A stretch of DNA of 64,000 nucleotides from Gekko japonicus (taxonomy: Eukaryota). Positions 1-11,339 of the stretch are shown one piece after another (position 1 is the stretch's first letter; each line of letters begins with the position of its first letter). The stretch is taken from positions 1-64,000 of the forward strand of contig NW_015173272.1 in NCBI RefSeq assembly GCF_001447785.1, given 5' to 3'. Both the position numbers and the translations under genes were made by a program. The notes beneath the pieces are model-generated. The model saw nothing but the letters and a program-made list of their open reading frames with translations. It was not told the DNA's origin and did no database searches.

Positions 1-414
1 AGTTTATGCTGCAAAATTTGGAATCATACAAGAGAAACTGCCATCCTTCAGGGAGTGAGCACAACCAGTAAGTCTGATTATGTTTACTATAATGGCTGAA
101 GATGAACTAAAGGGTACACGAGAGTTAATGTGAGCACAGTGACTTCATTGTTGAGGTAGGATTGAGGAGACCACAGTAGAAATCCCCACTCTACCATATA
201 AATCACTGGATGATCTTAGACCTTTCACTTCTTCTCTGCATAACTTACGTCTTAGGACTGTTTTGGAGAAAAAGGACACTGTACACTGTCCTGAGCTTCT
301 TGCCTAAAGCATAGGATGAAGGTATAATATGTAGCAGAAGAGGCACCCTCCTTATTTTTCAGCATTTTCAGCATGCTATTTCTTTCTTTCCATAGGTGAC
401 ATGGATTGTCAGTC

Positions 415-1335
415 ATGGTAGGAAACCAAACTGATGAAGGCTTCTTTTGGCTCCTGGGCCTTTCCAATGATCTTCAGCTCCAGATTCTCCTCTTTGTCCT
501 TTTCTTGTTAATTTACCTGTTAACTGTCGTGGCAAATGTTATGATCATGCTGGCTGTGAAATCCAACCCTAATCTTCAGAACCCCATGTACTTCTTCTTG
601 AGTCATCTGTCTTTCATTGATGTCTGTTATTCATCTGTCACACTCCCAAAGATGCTGGAGAACACCATTGCCAAAGAGAAGACTATATCTGTCAGGGGAT
701 GCTTTGCTCAGACATTCTTTATTTTGTTTACAGCCAGTACAGAGGTTTTCATGCTCTGCTCAATGGCTTATGATAGGTACTGTGCCATATGCAAGCCACT
801 GCATTACATGAACATCATGAATATAGCATTCAGTTGTAAGCTAGTGGCTACTTCATGGACAATTGGATTCTTGCATTCCATTGTAAACACGTTGCCACTG
901 TTAAGGTTAGAATTCTGTGGGTCAAACATCATAAAGCACTTCAGCTGTGAGCTGCCTTCCATCCTTTCTTTGTCCTGCTCTGACACATTCATGAATAAAA
1001 TGTTGTTCGTTGTGTCTGCAGACATACTTGGTGGAGTCTCCATTTTTCTCACTGTGGTCTCCTACATTCGTATCATTTCTACCATCCTGAGGATCACCTC
1101 CACGAAGGGAAAGCAGAAAGCTTTCTCTACCTGCAGCTCCCACCTCAGTGTAGTGACTCTTTTCTTTGGGACAAGTTATTTACGCTATCTTAGACCAAGC
1201 TCAGCATCATCAGTGGTTTGGGATGAAATTCTTTCCATACAATACAGCATCCTCACGCCATTACTAAACCCCATCATCTACAGTTTACCAAACAAGGAGT
1301 TGAAGGCATCATTTAAGAAGATATTAAAATGGTGA
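415..1335 (+). CDS. Olfactory receptor, intact (paralogue A)
   Basis: ATG at 415 (the ORF track starts at a TTG at 406). N-glycosylation site NQT; motifs LQNPMYFFLSHLS, MAYDRYCAIC, KAFSTCSSHL and PLLNPIIYSL; 306 aa. A polypyrimidine tract with an AG splice acceptor lies at 381-395. Confidence 0.97.
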   Translation: MVGNQTDEGFFWLLGLSNDLQLQILLFVLFLLIYLLTVVANVMIMLAVKSNPNLQNPMYFFLSHLSFIDVCYSSVTLPKMLENTIAKEKTISVRGCFAQTFFILFTASTEVFMLCSMAYDRYCAICKPLHYMNIMNIAFSCKLVATSWTIGFLHSIVNTLPLLRLEFCGSNIIKHFSCELPSILSLSCSDTFMNKMLFVVSADILGGVSIFLTVVSYIRIISTILRITSTKGKQKAFSTCSSHLSVVTLFFGTSYLRYLRPSSASSVVWDEILSIQYSILTPLLNPIIYSLPNKELKASFKKILKW

Positions 1336-2238
1336 CATTCTGGGACCTTTCAAAAAATAAGTATCTGTCCAACTCTTCACCCAGATTTCTTCTTCATTAC
1401 ATATTGTTTCCAAACTAGAACTGATGTATTGGGAAATATCTATTATTCCTCCTTCCCCATTTCTGAACATTGTACCAGCCACAGCAGGGGTACAGTCAGC
1501 AGGAGTTTTCAAAATCTTCTGTATATTTGAAGCTTGTGAGAGTCAGCATGGTATAGAGGTTGAAAGAGACTAGAAGCTGGAAGTCCCAGGTTTGAATCCC
1601 AAATCTCCCTATTGTACTATCAAAATGATCTTAATGAAAAAAGTTATAAAGAATAAGTAAAATGTCTTACCAACCTAACTTAGCCATCCATGTTGGTTGG
1701 GAAGACATTTTATTTATTCATTATAATTTTCACTAAGATCATTTCAATACTTCTACCCAAATCCATATACATATAATAATAGCATTACCATTATATATTG
1801 GGGGTTTAGATGTTATGAGATGTAATTTAAATGTGCTTTATTGTTGTGTATTAACTTTCATAGTGAACTTGAGTTTGGAATGGTATCCAAAGTCCACCAA
1901 TCAGAGAAGTGGAAAGTATGGAGGGAAGCCTAATGATTGGTCTTTATTCTGTAAATACTATTGGCTGCTGTTTGACATATGGGCGTGGCTATCTAACCCC
2001 AGACAGTTTAAAAAGGAGCCTGTTGCTCCAATCTTTTATCTTTGTTCTTCATCACTAATAAAGCTGAATCACTGTTCATTCAAAGCTGTGTTGAGTCTCA
2101 TACTTAACATTTATAATCCTACATTTTTATGTGTGAGCATGTAAATCATGAAACAAAATGTCACTTTATAATGTCACTATTTGGCTACATGGAATAAAAT
2201 GTACTTTTGATTGATTAATAACATTTCTTCCCAGCAAG

Positions 2239-3691
2239 TAGTGTTCCCTCTAAGCTGAGTTAGTGTGACATAGCTCACAGTTTTTTTTTTTCACCTTTGG
2301 CTCACACATTTTTGTCTTAGCTCAGGAAGGACGGCTCCAGAGTGAACTAATTTATAGCGCCAATTAGTAACAAATACATCGTTGCGCAGGCCCCATATCT
2401 TAAAGTTTTGGAGTCCCGTAAACTCAGGAGGGCATATACACTGGCTAGATGCTCGGCCTTACTCTCTGCAGTTCTCGAGGGTAAATTTTAAAAAAAATCC
2501 CCGATCGGAGAGGCTATGCTTATGTGCACTGGGGGAGATCGAATCCCAGGAACACGTGTTCCTGAGATGCCCGTTATTTGAAGAGGCTCGTGCTAAACTT
2601 ATTGATCCCCTTCTGGCAGGCACTTCGGATCAGGACAAGATGGAGAACTTGTTTCTTAATCTTGAACATACAGCCCTCCATCAGATCGCGAAATTTTGTT
2701 CCTTGGTGGTAGAAGTGCATCAGCAGGATGGTTGTCACTAGGGTCAGGACTGTTTGATTTTAACTGGTACCGTTCCTTTTGGTACTATATTTTATTCTTT
2801 TATACTATACTGTGCTTTATGGCAGCGTATTTACAGTTTGGTCTTTTTACCTTGTTGAATTTCGGAAATTTTACTATCTGGCCATTGTAATTTATTTATT
2901 CTGGTTTTATATTGCTGGCTAATCGCTGTTACAATAAATTCATTCATTGGATTTGTAATGTATTCAGATGCTGCCCTGAATGCATTAGGAGGTATGTGAA
3001 TCCTCCCATAGAGAAGCCATGCAAAGCTTCAAGCTTCGGCAGGGATTCGCGCTGAAAAGTATTGTGGCCAATCAGATTTGAATGTATGTAAGCGGGACCG
3101 CTTATGATTGGTCGTTCATGCACACAACCTGATAGGTTGGTTTATTGTACAGTAGGTGTGGCTACATTAGCCCGGAGTGTTTAAATACCGANNNNNNNNN
3201 NNNNNNNNNNNNNNNNNNNNNNNNNNNNNNNNNNNNNNNNNNNNNNNNNNNNNNNNNNNNNNNNNNNNNNNNNNNNNNNNNNNNNNNNNNNNNNNNNNNN
3301 NNNNNNNNNNNNNNNNNNNNNNNNNNNNNNNNNNNNNNNNNNNNNNNNNNNNNNNNNNNNNNNNNNNNNNNNNNNNNNNNNNNNNNNNNNNNNNNCTGTT
3401 TGATTTTAACTGGTACCGTTCCTTTTGGTACTATATTTTATTCTTTTATACTATACTGTGCTTTATGGCAGCGTATTTACAGTTTGGTCTTTTTACCTTG
3501 TTGAATTTCGGAAATTTTACTATCTGGCCATTGTAATTTATTTATTCTGGTTTTATATTGCTGGCTAATCGCTGTTACAATAAATTCATTCATTCATTCA
3601 GTACCCAGATCACTCACTCACAACATTAATGCCAGTTGCTCACAAAGTAGAATTTTTGCTCACAAGACTCCACAGCTTAGAGGGAGCACTG
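2239..3691 (+). mobile_element. hAT-like MITE (TIR CAGTGTTCCCTCTAAGCTG), split by an RTE/RTEX LINE 3' fragment
   Basis: 5' half at 2239-2355 and 3' half at 3601-3691; matches the intact copies at 4271, 4770 and 48089. Confidence 0.85.
2350..3600 (+). mobile_element. 5'-truncated RTE/RTEX-clade LINE with an (ATTC)n tail; 3'UTR appears twice around an N gap
   Basis: Encodes RLCLCALGEIESQEHVFLRC, nearly identical to the ORF end at 62360-62760 (-). Ends AATAAATTCATTCATTCA. Confidence 0.85.
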
Positions 3692-3803
3692 CACACTGAT
3701 TTTGGTTTTGTTTTAAAGAAAATATTTTCTGGGTGTTTTTAATAAAATATTCATTTTCAGTCCTTTTTTCAGCAATCAATTAACACATGGTATGGCTAAT
3801 TAT

Positions 3804-4017
3804 TTCGAAAGCAAGAAATTGCAAGTAGATAAATAGGTACCACTTCAGTGGGAAGGTAACAGCGTTCCGTGCGCCTTGGTGCTTAGTCATGCCGGCCACA
3901 TGACCACAGAAACGTCTTCGGACAGCGCTGGCTCTTCAGCTTTGAAACGGAGATGAGCACCGCAACCCTAGAGTCGGATTCGACTGGCTTTCGAGCAAGG
4001 GAACCTTTACTTTACTT
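3804..4017 (+). mobile_element. Sauria SINE, 5'-truncated
   Basis: Core GCAAGTAGATAAATAGGTACC...GCCACATGACC...ACCTTTAC. TSD TATGGCTAATTAT at 3791-3803 and 4018-4030; the site is empty in paralogues B and C. Confidence 0.9.
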
Positions 4018-4270
4018 TATGGCTAATTATATCAACCCTTGTTCTTGGGGCGTATGTGTGTATTTGTGACCACTGAAGAAAGCCAATATGTGCTTGGTCT
4101 TGTTTACTCTGGCTTTGTTTGTAAACTGTCCTCTTTTAGATACTCACTGAGTCTGACTTACTGTGGTCTTTTTTGTATACCATCAATTTTGAGATACTCA
4201 TTTGTATTACATATTATATACTGAAGACTACTTAGTTTGCTTATTTTCAGCCCAAAGGCTAATTCAAGGC

Positions 4271-4474
4271 CAGTGTTCCCTCTAAGTAGAGTTAGTGTGA
4301 GCTAGCTCACAGTTTTTTAGCCTCTGACTCACACATTTTTGTCTTAGCTCAGGGAGGATAGCTCCAGAGCAAACTAATTTATACAGCAGCCAAATCACTC
4401 ACACAACTTTAATGCCAGTAGCTCACAAAGTAGATTTTTTGCTCACAAGACTCCACAGCTTAGAGGGAACATTG
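4271..4474 (+). mobile_element. hAT-like MITE
   Basis: TIRs CAGTGTTCCCTCTAAG / CTTAGAGGGAACATTG; 8-bp TSD TTCAAGGC. Confidence 0.92.
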
Positions 4475-4595
4475 TTCAAGGCCTATGCTTTTAAACTTGT
4501 ATTTTAAGTGTACTATATAATAAATGCATTTTTATCCTTTGTGGTACCTAATTCAATTTTTGATTGCCACCCTCCTCCCATTTTGGTGTGTTCTG

Positions 4596-5274
4596 TGTCA
4601 TGGGCCGGGTCGGGCCAGGAGTCCAGAGTCAGGCCAGAGAAGAGACAAAACAGGAGCTGAGTCAAGAGCCCAAGAGAATAGTTCTCCAAAGCGGGAGATC
4701 AGGAGGCCAGGAATTCAAGCAGGAGTGGGGTTGGGAGACAGGAAACAAAAGTGGGCATGAGGTTGGCACCCGTGTTCCCTCTAAGCTGAGTTTGTGTGAG
4801 CTAGCTCACAGTTTTTTAAGGCTCTGGCTCACACATTTTTGTCTTAGCTCAGGAAGGATGGCTCCAGAGCAGACTAATTTATGCAGCGGCCATATCGCTC
4901 ACTCACAACTTTAATGCTGGTAGCTCACAAAGTAGAATTTTTGCTCACAAGATTCCACAACTTAGAAGGAGCATTGGTTGGCAACGATGTAAATTGTTAC
5001 TTCCATGGAAAGCCCAGCCCCAAGCAGGAGTTATATGGGCCTCTGGCAGTGCTACCCTTAGTAGCAGCACAGCTCCTGTCAGTACTCAGGGCTCAGCGCC
5101 TGCCTTCCCTGCAAGCGTACATCTTGACAGCAGGTTGCTAAGTCCCTGTGGAGCCGCTCCCTCAGCCGAGCCACTCTGGAGGTGAATCAGGCAGGCTTTC
5201 TGCTTCCACCTGCACCTTGTCAGCTGCTGCTGGACCAGGTGTAGGGGTTACTGGCTCTGGCAGTGGCAGTGACA
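4596..5274. mobile_element. Probable LTR-like element containing a nested MITE
   Basis: TGTCA...TGACA ends, GC-rich, absent from paralogue B; no clear TSD. Confidence 0.4.
4770..4976 (+). mobile_element. hAT-like MITE (same family as 4271)
   Basis: Same body and TIRs; TSD GTTGGCAC/GTTGGCAA. Confidence 0.88.
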
Positions 5275-5382
5275 AGCTGTCAGCTCCCTAGGAGTCAGAG
5301 GGGGCAACTTCCGGCTCTGGTGAAGCCATCAACTTTGGCTGTGTTGCCAACTTGGACAGAAGCCCGGTGCTTTTGTTGTTGC

Positions 5383-5649
5383 TAGGCCTGCCAAATCTTG
5401 CCAAATCACGGCGGGGGGATCTGCATGTCTTTGCAGAATCCTTGCCGCGGGGACAGTGAGACGCGTTGCACTGCCATCGGCAGGACATGACGCTACGTGT
5501 TGCTTTGGCAACGGGGCTGTTTGGAGCCCCGTTGCCAGAGCCACACGTAGTGTCAGATCCTGGCGACGGTGGGTGCAACATGTCTCGCTGTCCCCACAGC
5601 AAGGATTCTGTGAAGACCTATGATCCCCTGCCGCAACTTGGCAACCCTA
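5383..5649. mobile_element. hAT-like MITE (TAGGGTTGCCAA-type TIR)
   Basis: TAGGCCTGCCAA...TTGGCAACCCTA; 8-bp TSD GTTGTTGC. Confidence 0.85.
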
Positions 5650-5930
5650 GTTGTTGCCCATGACACTCAGCTTTTAACATGCCTAGAATGTGGAAAATAT
5701 TCCATCTTTCACTGTCTAGAGCTTTGCCAGACCTAAATGGATAAATTATGTTCTTTACCACAAAGTATAGAAGACAACCAAGAGATTACACACATACATG
5801 GACAGGGCGAAGCATGTTTCCTTGAAGGATGAATTTTGGAAGTAGTTGTGGGGAAGGGTCACATTCAAGGAAGAAGGTCTTATGTATCATTGATGTCACT
5901 TTGTGGGCTAGAATCACTGATAGACACCAA

Positions 5931-6219
5931 AGAAGAAGAAGAAGAGATTGGATTTATACCCTGCCCTTCACTACCCAAAGGTGTCTCAGAGTGGCTTACA
6001 AACTCCTTTCCCTTCCCCTCCCCCACAACAGACACCCTGTGAGGTAGGTGGGGCTGAGAGAGCTCTTTAAGAACTGCTCTTTTTTCAAGGACAGCTCTTA
6101 TCAGAACTATAGCTTGCCCAAGGTCATCCAGCCAGGTGCAAGTGCAGGAGTGGGGAATCAAACCCAGTTCTCCCAGATTAGAGTCAGCGCACTTAACCAC
6201 TACACCAAACTGGCTCTCT
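5931..6219 (-). mobile_element. tRNA-derived SINE (Squam3-like)
   Basis: On - the head reads GAGAGCCAGTTTGGTGTAGTGGTTAAG...GGTTTGATTCCCC (A and B boxes), with a (TTC)n tail. Confidence 0.85.
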
Positions 6220-7008
6220 CTTGCTTTTTCCTTTATCATAATGGCATATACCAGAGATACTTACTCAGTGCCTGAGGGGCCACATATGGCTCACTGACAA
6301 GCTACCTATGTCTCTTCCCCAATGGGGCACCCTTTCCATGTTCCAGGAACCTCATCCAGATCATTGCCCTGTAGGGCTTGTGGTTCCTACACTGAAACAG
6401 CTACTTGAGTACAGGTAAGCAGTGAGCCTACTTGAGTTGTATGTCTCATTCCAAGAGGGAAGGGCTCATCCTCTCCAGCATCCCCCTTTATCATCAATTT
6501 TTTTTCTTTATCATCAATTGATGTGCCTTCATCTCAGCACATGGACATCCCCCAAGAAGACAACAAGCTGCCTGCTGAGTCTGACTTTGATGGACCATTG
6601 GTCTGATACAAAATAAGGCATTTTCATATGTTCATGTACAGATTGCAAGTGGGAATGTGCAACAAAATGCTTCATATTGTGTTGTGTATAGTGTTGCACT
6701 TCTTTTTGAAACTGCAATACATGATTTGTATTTAGTCAATGTATATACTCTTTGTGATAAGAGACACCCAGTGTTCTGTTCTTTGCATTGCTATTCAATT
6801 CCTTTAATAGTATCTATAATATATAGCTGGTCATATTCTGGCAGTGTTCAATGGTCTAGGTAAAGAGGCAAGGTTGTCGGAATATGACAACCTTGCCTCA
6901 GGGCAAGCAAAATGATAGGGAATTGGACATCGGCTGTGAGGCTTTTGCGAGCTTTTTCGCGGATAAAGTCTTGGAGCTTCGCCGTGACCTGCCCACCTGT
7001 TATGAAGT

Positions 7009-8387
7009 GATGAGCCTGCTAACAGCTTTATCTACAGCTGAGGCTAATTATATTTTAACGTGAGTTCACAGCCAGCTATACCGAGTTTTGTTGGCCAGTG
7101 GGGACCCAGAAATGGATGCGAGGCATATATTTTTCCAAAACAAATGTTCTTTTACTGAAGGAGTTCGGATTCACACATACAAAAATGATCAGTCTCTCAA
7201 CACATACATTCAAGATTCCTTAAGCGTTACAGAAAGAAATGAAAATAGATTATCAGTTACTTGGAGGGGTATAGGTATATTTCGGTTATACTTGCCTGGT
7301 TCCAGATGTCTTGTCTTGTTGCAATGGAAGAATGGGGGTGAAGGAAAGACTCCTGGGGTTAATTACTCATCCACACTGCTTAGAACGAGCCAGCTAGTGT
7401 GCACATGGAAGTCTCTGGCTGCGCACCCCAGAGAGATCCAGGCAAAGAGTTTCTAAAGCAGGGAAGAGGGGTGGGAGATAGTAGAATGTGGCCAGCCAGC
7501 AGCCCAGCTTAAAACATGGTCTCTGCGTTATGTACTTGAATCTCCAGGTGGGTGGCACCTTGCCACTCCTCAGTCCCACCTACTCTTAGGTCCTTCCCAT
7601 GAACTATCTGATTGGTGAATACAGAAAGGGGCAGGTACTCCTATGGGAGGGCCAATATTTAAAATTCTATACTCTATCTCATGGAATACCATTTGGCTAG
7701 TTAAGTCTCTTCTTCCTGCATCTCCTTTGAAGTACAAATGAATCTTGGCTCCTCCAGGCCAACTGGATTCTTTCAACAGGAAACCGCTATACAGATGCAG
7801 ATTCAGTGCATGCTATACGTGATGCCTTGTCTCTCCAGCAATGGGGGAATTCCTTCTCAGAGTTGTTGTTTTCTGTTAACAAAGACCACCATGTGCTTCT
7901 TCTTCCCATGATCCTTTGAGCTGAATGTGTGCAAGCTTCATTAGCATAGAACGCAGGCAGACTTTTCCTATGTGAACTCTGTCTCACAATAGGTGATTCC
8001 AAACAGCTTTCTTTGGCTCATGGCCTACAAGTGTGTGCACAGTCAAAGTGTTGCTTTGTGTAGCAGATATAAATCCATAAATAAGTCTGTCTCGCAACAA
8101 TTGGAATAACCAAGCTGCAAGACAGATAAGTATCGCCCACCATCACCCCTTCCTGCTAATGCAACTGTGCTTATTTCCTACTGTAATTCTTAGGAACTTG
8201 ATTGAATGTGTGAGTATATCAGTATTGTTTGTATGAGACATATTTTTTAGTAAAAGACATCTATTTTAACTACAACAGCCTCGAATCTTTTACTGGTAAC
8301 CCTTGGTGGGATCAGGACCTTGGTATAAATTGGCAAGAACCCATTTATAAATTGCCAATTGCTGTAAATAAAGCAATTCGGCTAACA
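7009..8387. mobile_element. LTR-like unit (~7009-8099) fused head-to-head to a partial inverted unit (8100-8387)
   Basis: The left part is homologous to 28203-29260 and 9666-10837 and ends GCAACA. The right part matches 29885-30180 and ends CGGCTAACA. Confidence 0.7.
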
Positions 8388-9665
8388 CTGGTGTATTATA
8401 TATTTGAGCTCCCACTGATACAAATGGAAGTGCACCATTGTGTTGACAACTATTTTCTATGAAATGTGTTGAAAGAGGATGCTGTCCAGTTAGAGTGCTT
8501 TAAGTAATATTGGGCACTGCACTAGTGGAACTGTTACTATTCCACTGTAGCAGCAACTTTTATAGTTGATTTTTCAGTCATGAAATGCTTTGCAGAGCAG
8601 TGTTGACAGATATGTGTCATGTCTCCTATTTCATAAGTAATAATGTGTTCTGTGTATAGGCATGTTGGGTGCTCCACCTCCATTGTAGGTATTATGTGTT
8701 CAAATATCAATATCTATATTTTCCTTGTCTCTATTGGTTGTGTATGGACACATTTTCTGCATTTTTTAAAATGTCTTTTTCATACTATAGCTAGATTGAT
8801 GTGGGTAGCCATGTTGGTATGAAGCAGCAGTTATGGTAGACTGATCCTTGAGTACAGAAGCAGTAGACTCCATGGTCTGGTGTTAGGGAACAAGCCTGAT
8901 ATTTGTTGGTATGAAGCAGCAGAACAAAGTTCGAGTCCAGTGGCACCTTCAAGACCAACACATTTGTATGGATTTAATTGGTGATTGGTTGTCACCCACT
9001 TCAAAGAGGATTCTGTGAAGTTACTTCCACACTTAAGAGAAGGTAACAATAAGGTCTCCGTTAATTAGTCTCAGCATTTCACAATTAAGAAAGGTACATC
9101 TGCCCGTCAATCTCCAATTCTGATATATTTATTTCCTTCACCATTTTTTCTTTCAGAATTAAACCCAAACAAGTGGTGACCATATGAACTAAGCTTGTTA
9201 CTCCAGTTTGATCCTTGCATGTGTTAAAAACCTTTTATTATGCTTATGGTAATTCGCTGCTCACCCTCTACCTATATGTATGGATTGGTAACTTCCAATT
9301 CAATGTATCTGAAGAAGCGTGAGTGCACATGAGATATAATACTATTCTTAATTATTCTTTTCTAGCTGACTCACAGTGGGTTCCCCAGGTTAGCTCCAAA
9401 CTCTGTGAATGGGTATACACCTTTGATACTTTAACAGACTGGCATATAATAATTGGCTCCAAATTCTCCCCCTTATACAAACGGCTCAAGGTGGATCATA
9501 AAAGAGCCCATTAGTTGTCCAGCCTCATGTTTTACAATGCAAGATCAGTCTTAATAGCCATTCACACTATACAATCTGCCATCTTACTAGGGTGTTACTC
9601 TTGCAAAAAGGTTACTCGGTGTTTTTGTGTCTATGTATGACAGAGGTTGAAGATCTTCTTCACTA

Positions 9666-10837
9666 TGTTAGCCAAATTGCTCCATTTCTTATTAATATTT
9701 GGGGAATATGAGTTATTTATAAATAGCAATTCGCATAAGGGAGTGATCACCTTTATATACAGAGGTCCCACTTCTCCAGAGAATCAGTAACAAACAAGCA
9801 GGCTGATATTAGTTTAAATCAAAGTCTTTTACTGTATTTTATGCACATTCAGACATTACACAAACACACACACAATTATACAGGGCTAAGAAACTTAGAG
9901 AGATTGGGATAGCACATTTGCATTAGCAGGAGGTTCGTTGGTTGGGCAATATATTTACCTGATCCTGAAGAGATGAAGTCTTCCAAATGGAAAAATAGGG
10001 GAATTCTAGAAAAATTGGGATTGTGCTAGGAAAAGAGAGTGTGCAGACTGAACCAGCAGAAAGCACGTGGAGACTCTGGCTGCAGTCCAAGAGTCTCAAG
10101 GCAGGGAGGGTGACAAGCTAGCCACAAGTCCAAGAGGCAGAGAGTATAGAAGACATTGAGGGGCTGTAGAGAGAGAGCAAGAGAGCGAGTACATGGCTGG
10201 GTGTCCCTTTTAAGGGGGGGTTGGGGGGTTGTGCCAGGCTGGTCACATGTCTTGGCCCACCTCCTACTAGTCCATCCCAAAAACACACCTATTGGGTACA
10301 AAGAACCAGGGGAGGGGACAGAGAGTGGTCAATATTGAGAGCTAGTAACTTGGACTGGAGGGTGGCACCTGGATGAAGAGGGTATGAGTCACCGAGCTAG
10401 GGCTATTGTTTCTTGATGGGCTTAGCCGAGCTTGTTGATGGGCAAAAGATTAGTTTCCAAGCAACTATGTGTAGAACCTCTTGGTTACGTGCAGTCTTGC
10501 AGGTAGATGCATGGGTGTGTGTGGGGGTCACCTGCGTGTGTCAGAGAGAGCTCCCTATGGCATTTGAAGCTCTTTGTTTCTGGTCTCTCTGGGTTTACAG
10601 TGCATCACATGGCTAGGGAGCTGGTCCATCTTACAGCAGGCAAGAGGGCAGAAAACTTCCAGGAGCCATTGGCACAACATACAGGAAAGCTTTCTGCTTC
10701 TGGGTGTGTGTCTAGCTGGCATCCTTTTTTGGTTACCACACAGTTCGGTCCATATTTGCACATTGCTTGCACAGTCCATTTTATCACTTATAGGTTATAA
10801 AGTCCATAGAGCATATTAACTGCCTTGCAGGGCAACA
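9666..10837 (-). mobile_element. Solo LTR (Gypsy/ERV-type)
   Basis: TGTTAGCC...GGCAACA termini; 4-bp TSD ACTA at 9662-9665 and 10838-10841. Confidence 0.8.
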
Positions 10838-11339
10838 ACTACATACTGTGTTGTCCTCTATATTGAGAAAATAGATATAAATTTATGCTGGCCATTTTAG
10901 CCAATCAAATTGCATGAACACCTGAGGTGAAAATAATATTCCTTCTTACAGATATAGAGCCATATGTTACATACAGGGCAATTATATATGTTCTAGCCGC
11001 CACGAAAATATGTGCAAAAGTGGTGTCTGGATCTTAAAATCTATAGGTTTGTAATCTATTTTAATTTTTCTTCCCCTGCCCCAACAATAATATAACTGTC
11101 AGGGTAGGAAAAAGTTTGTCTGATGGTTGACATCTTATCTTCATGATGGTTTTTATCCTTCCTTTTAAAATGTATGTTTTATTTAGACCAATTTTTAATG
11201 GCCTTTGGCCACATGCAATACACATTTACTACTACTATTACTACTTCTACTACTAGTAGCACATCCTTTTCATCATCACCATCACCATCATCATCTGGTT
11301 GATGTCACCTTGACAGAAGCAGCAAGGTTAGGCTGGTCA

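Larger units (their letters stand above)
1..4590 (+). repeat. Segmental duplication unit A (OR gene plus flanks), paralogous to ~15026-18430 and ~36661-38740
   Basis: Upstream (1-400 vs 15026-15570 vs 36661-36930) and downstream non-coding flanks align colinearly once copy-specific TEs are removed. Confidence 0.9.

Noticed and set aside
804-1143. Antisense ORFs conserved across the three OR paralogues
   Set aside because: A by-product of high nucleotide identity between recent duplicates.
2751-3600. Exact duplication of the LINE 3'UTR (2751-2947 and 3396-3600)
   Set aside because: Identical copies flanking an N gap are most likely a scaffolding artefact.
6170-6219. tRNA-like and 5S-like sequences as RNA genes (also 57430-57500)
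   Set aside because: They are degenerate SINE heads attached to SINE bodies, not functional RNA genes.
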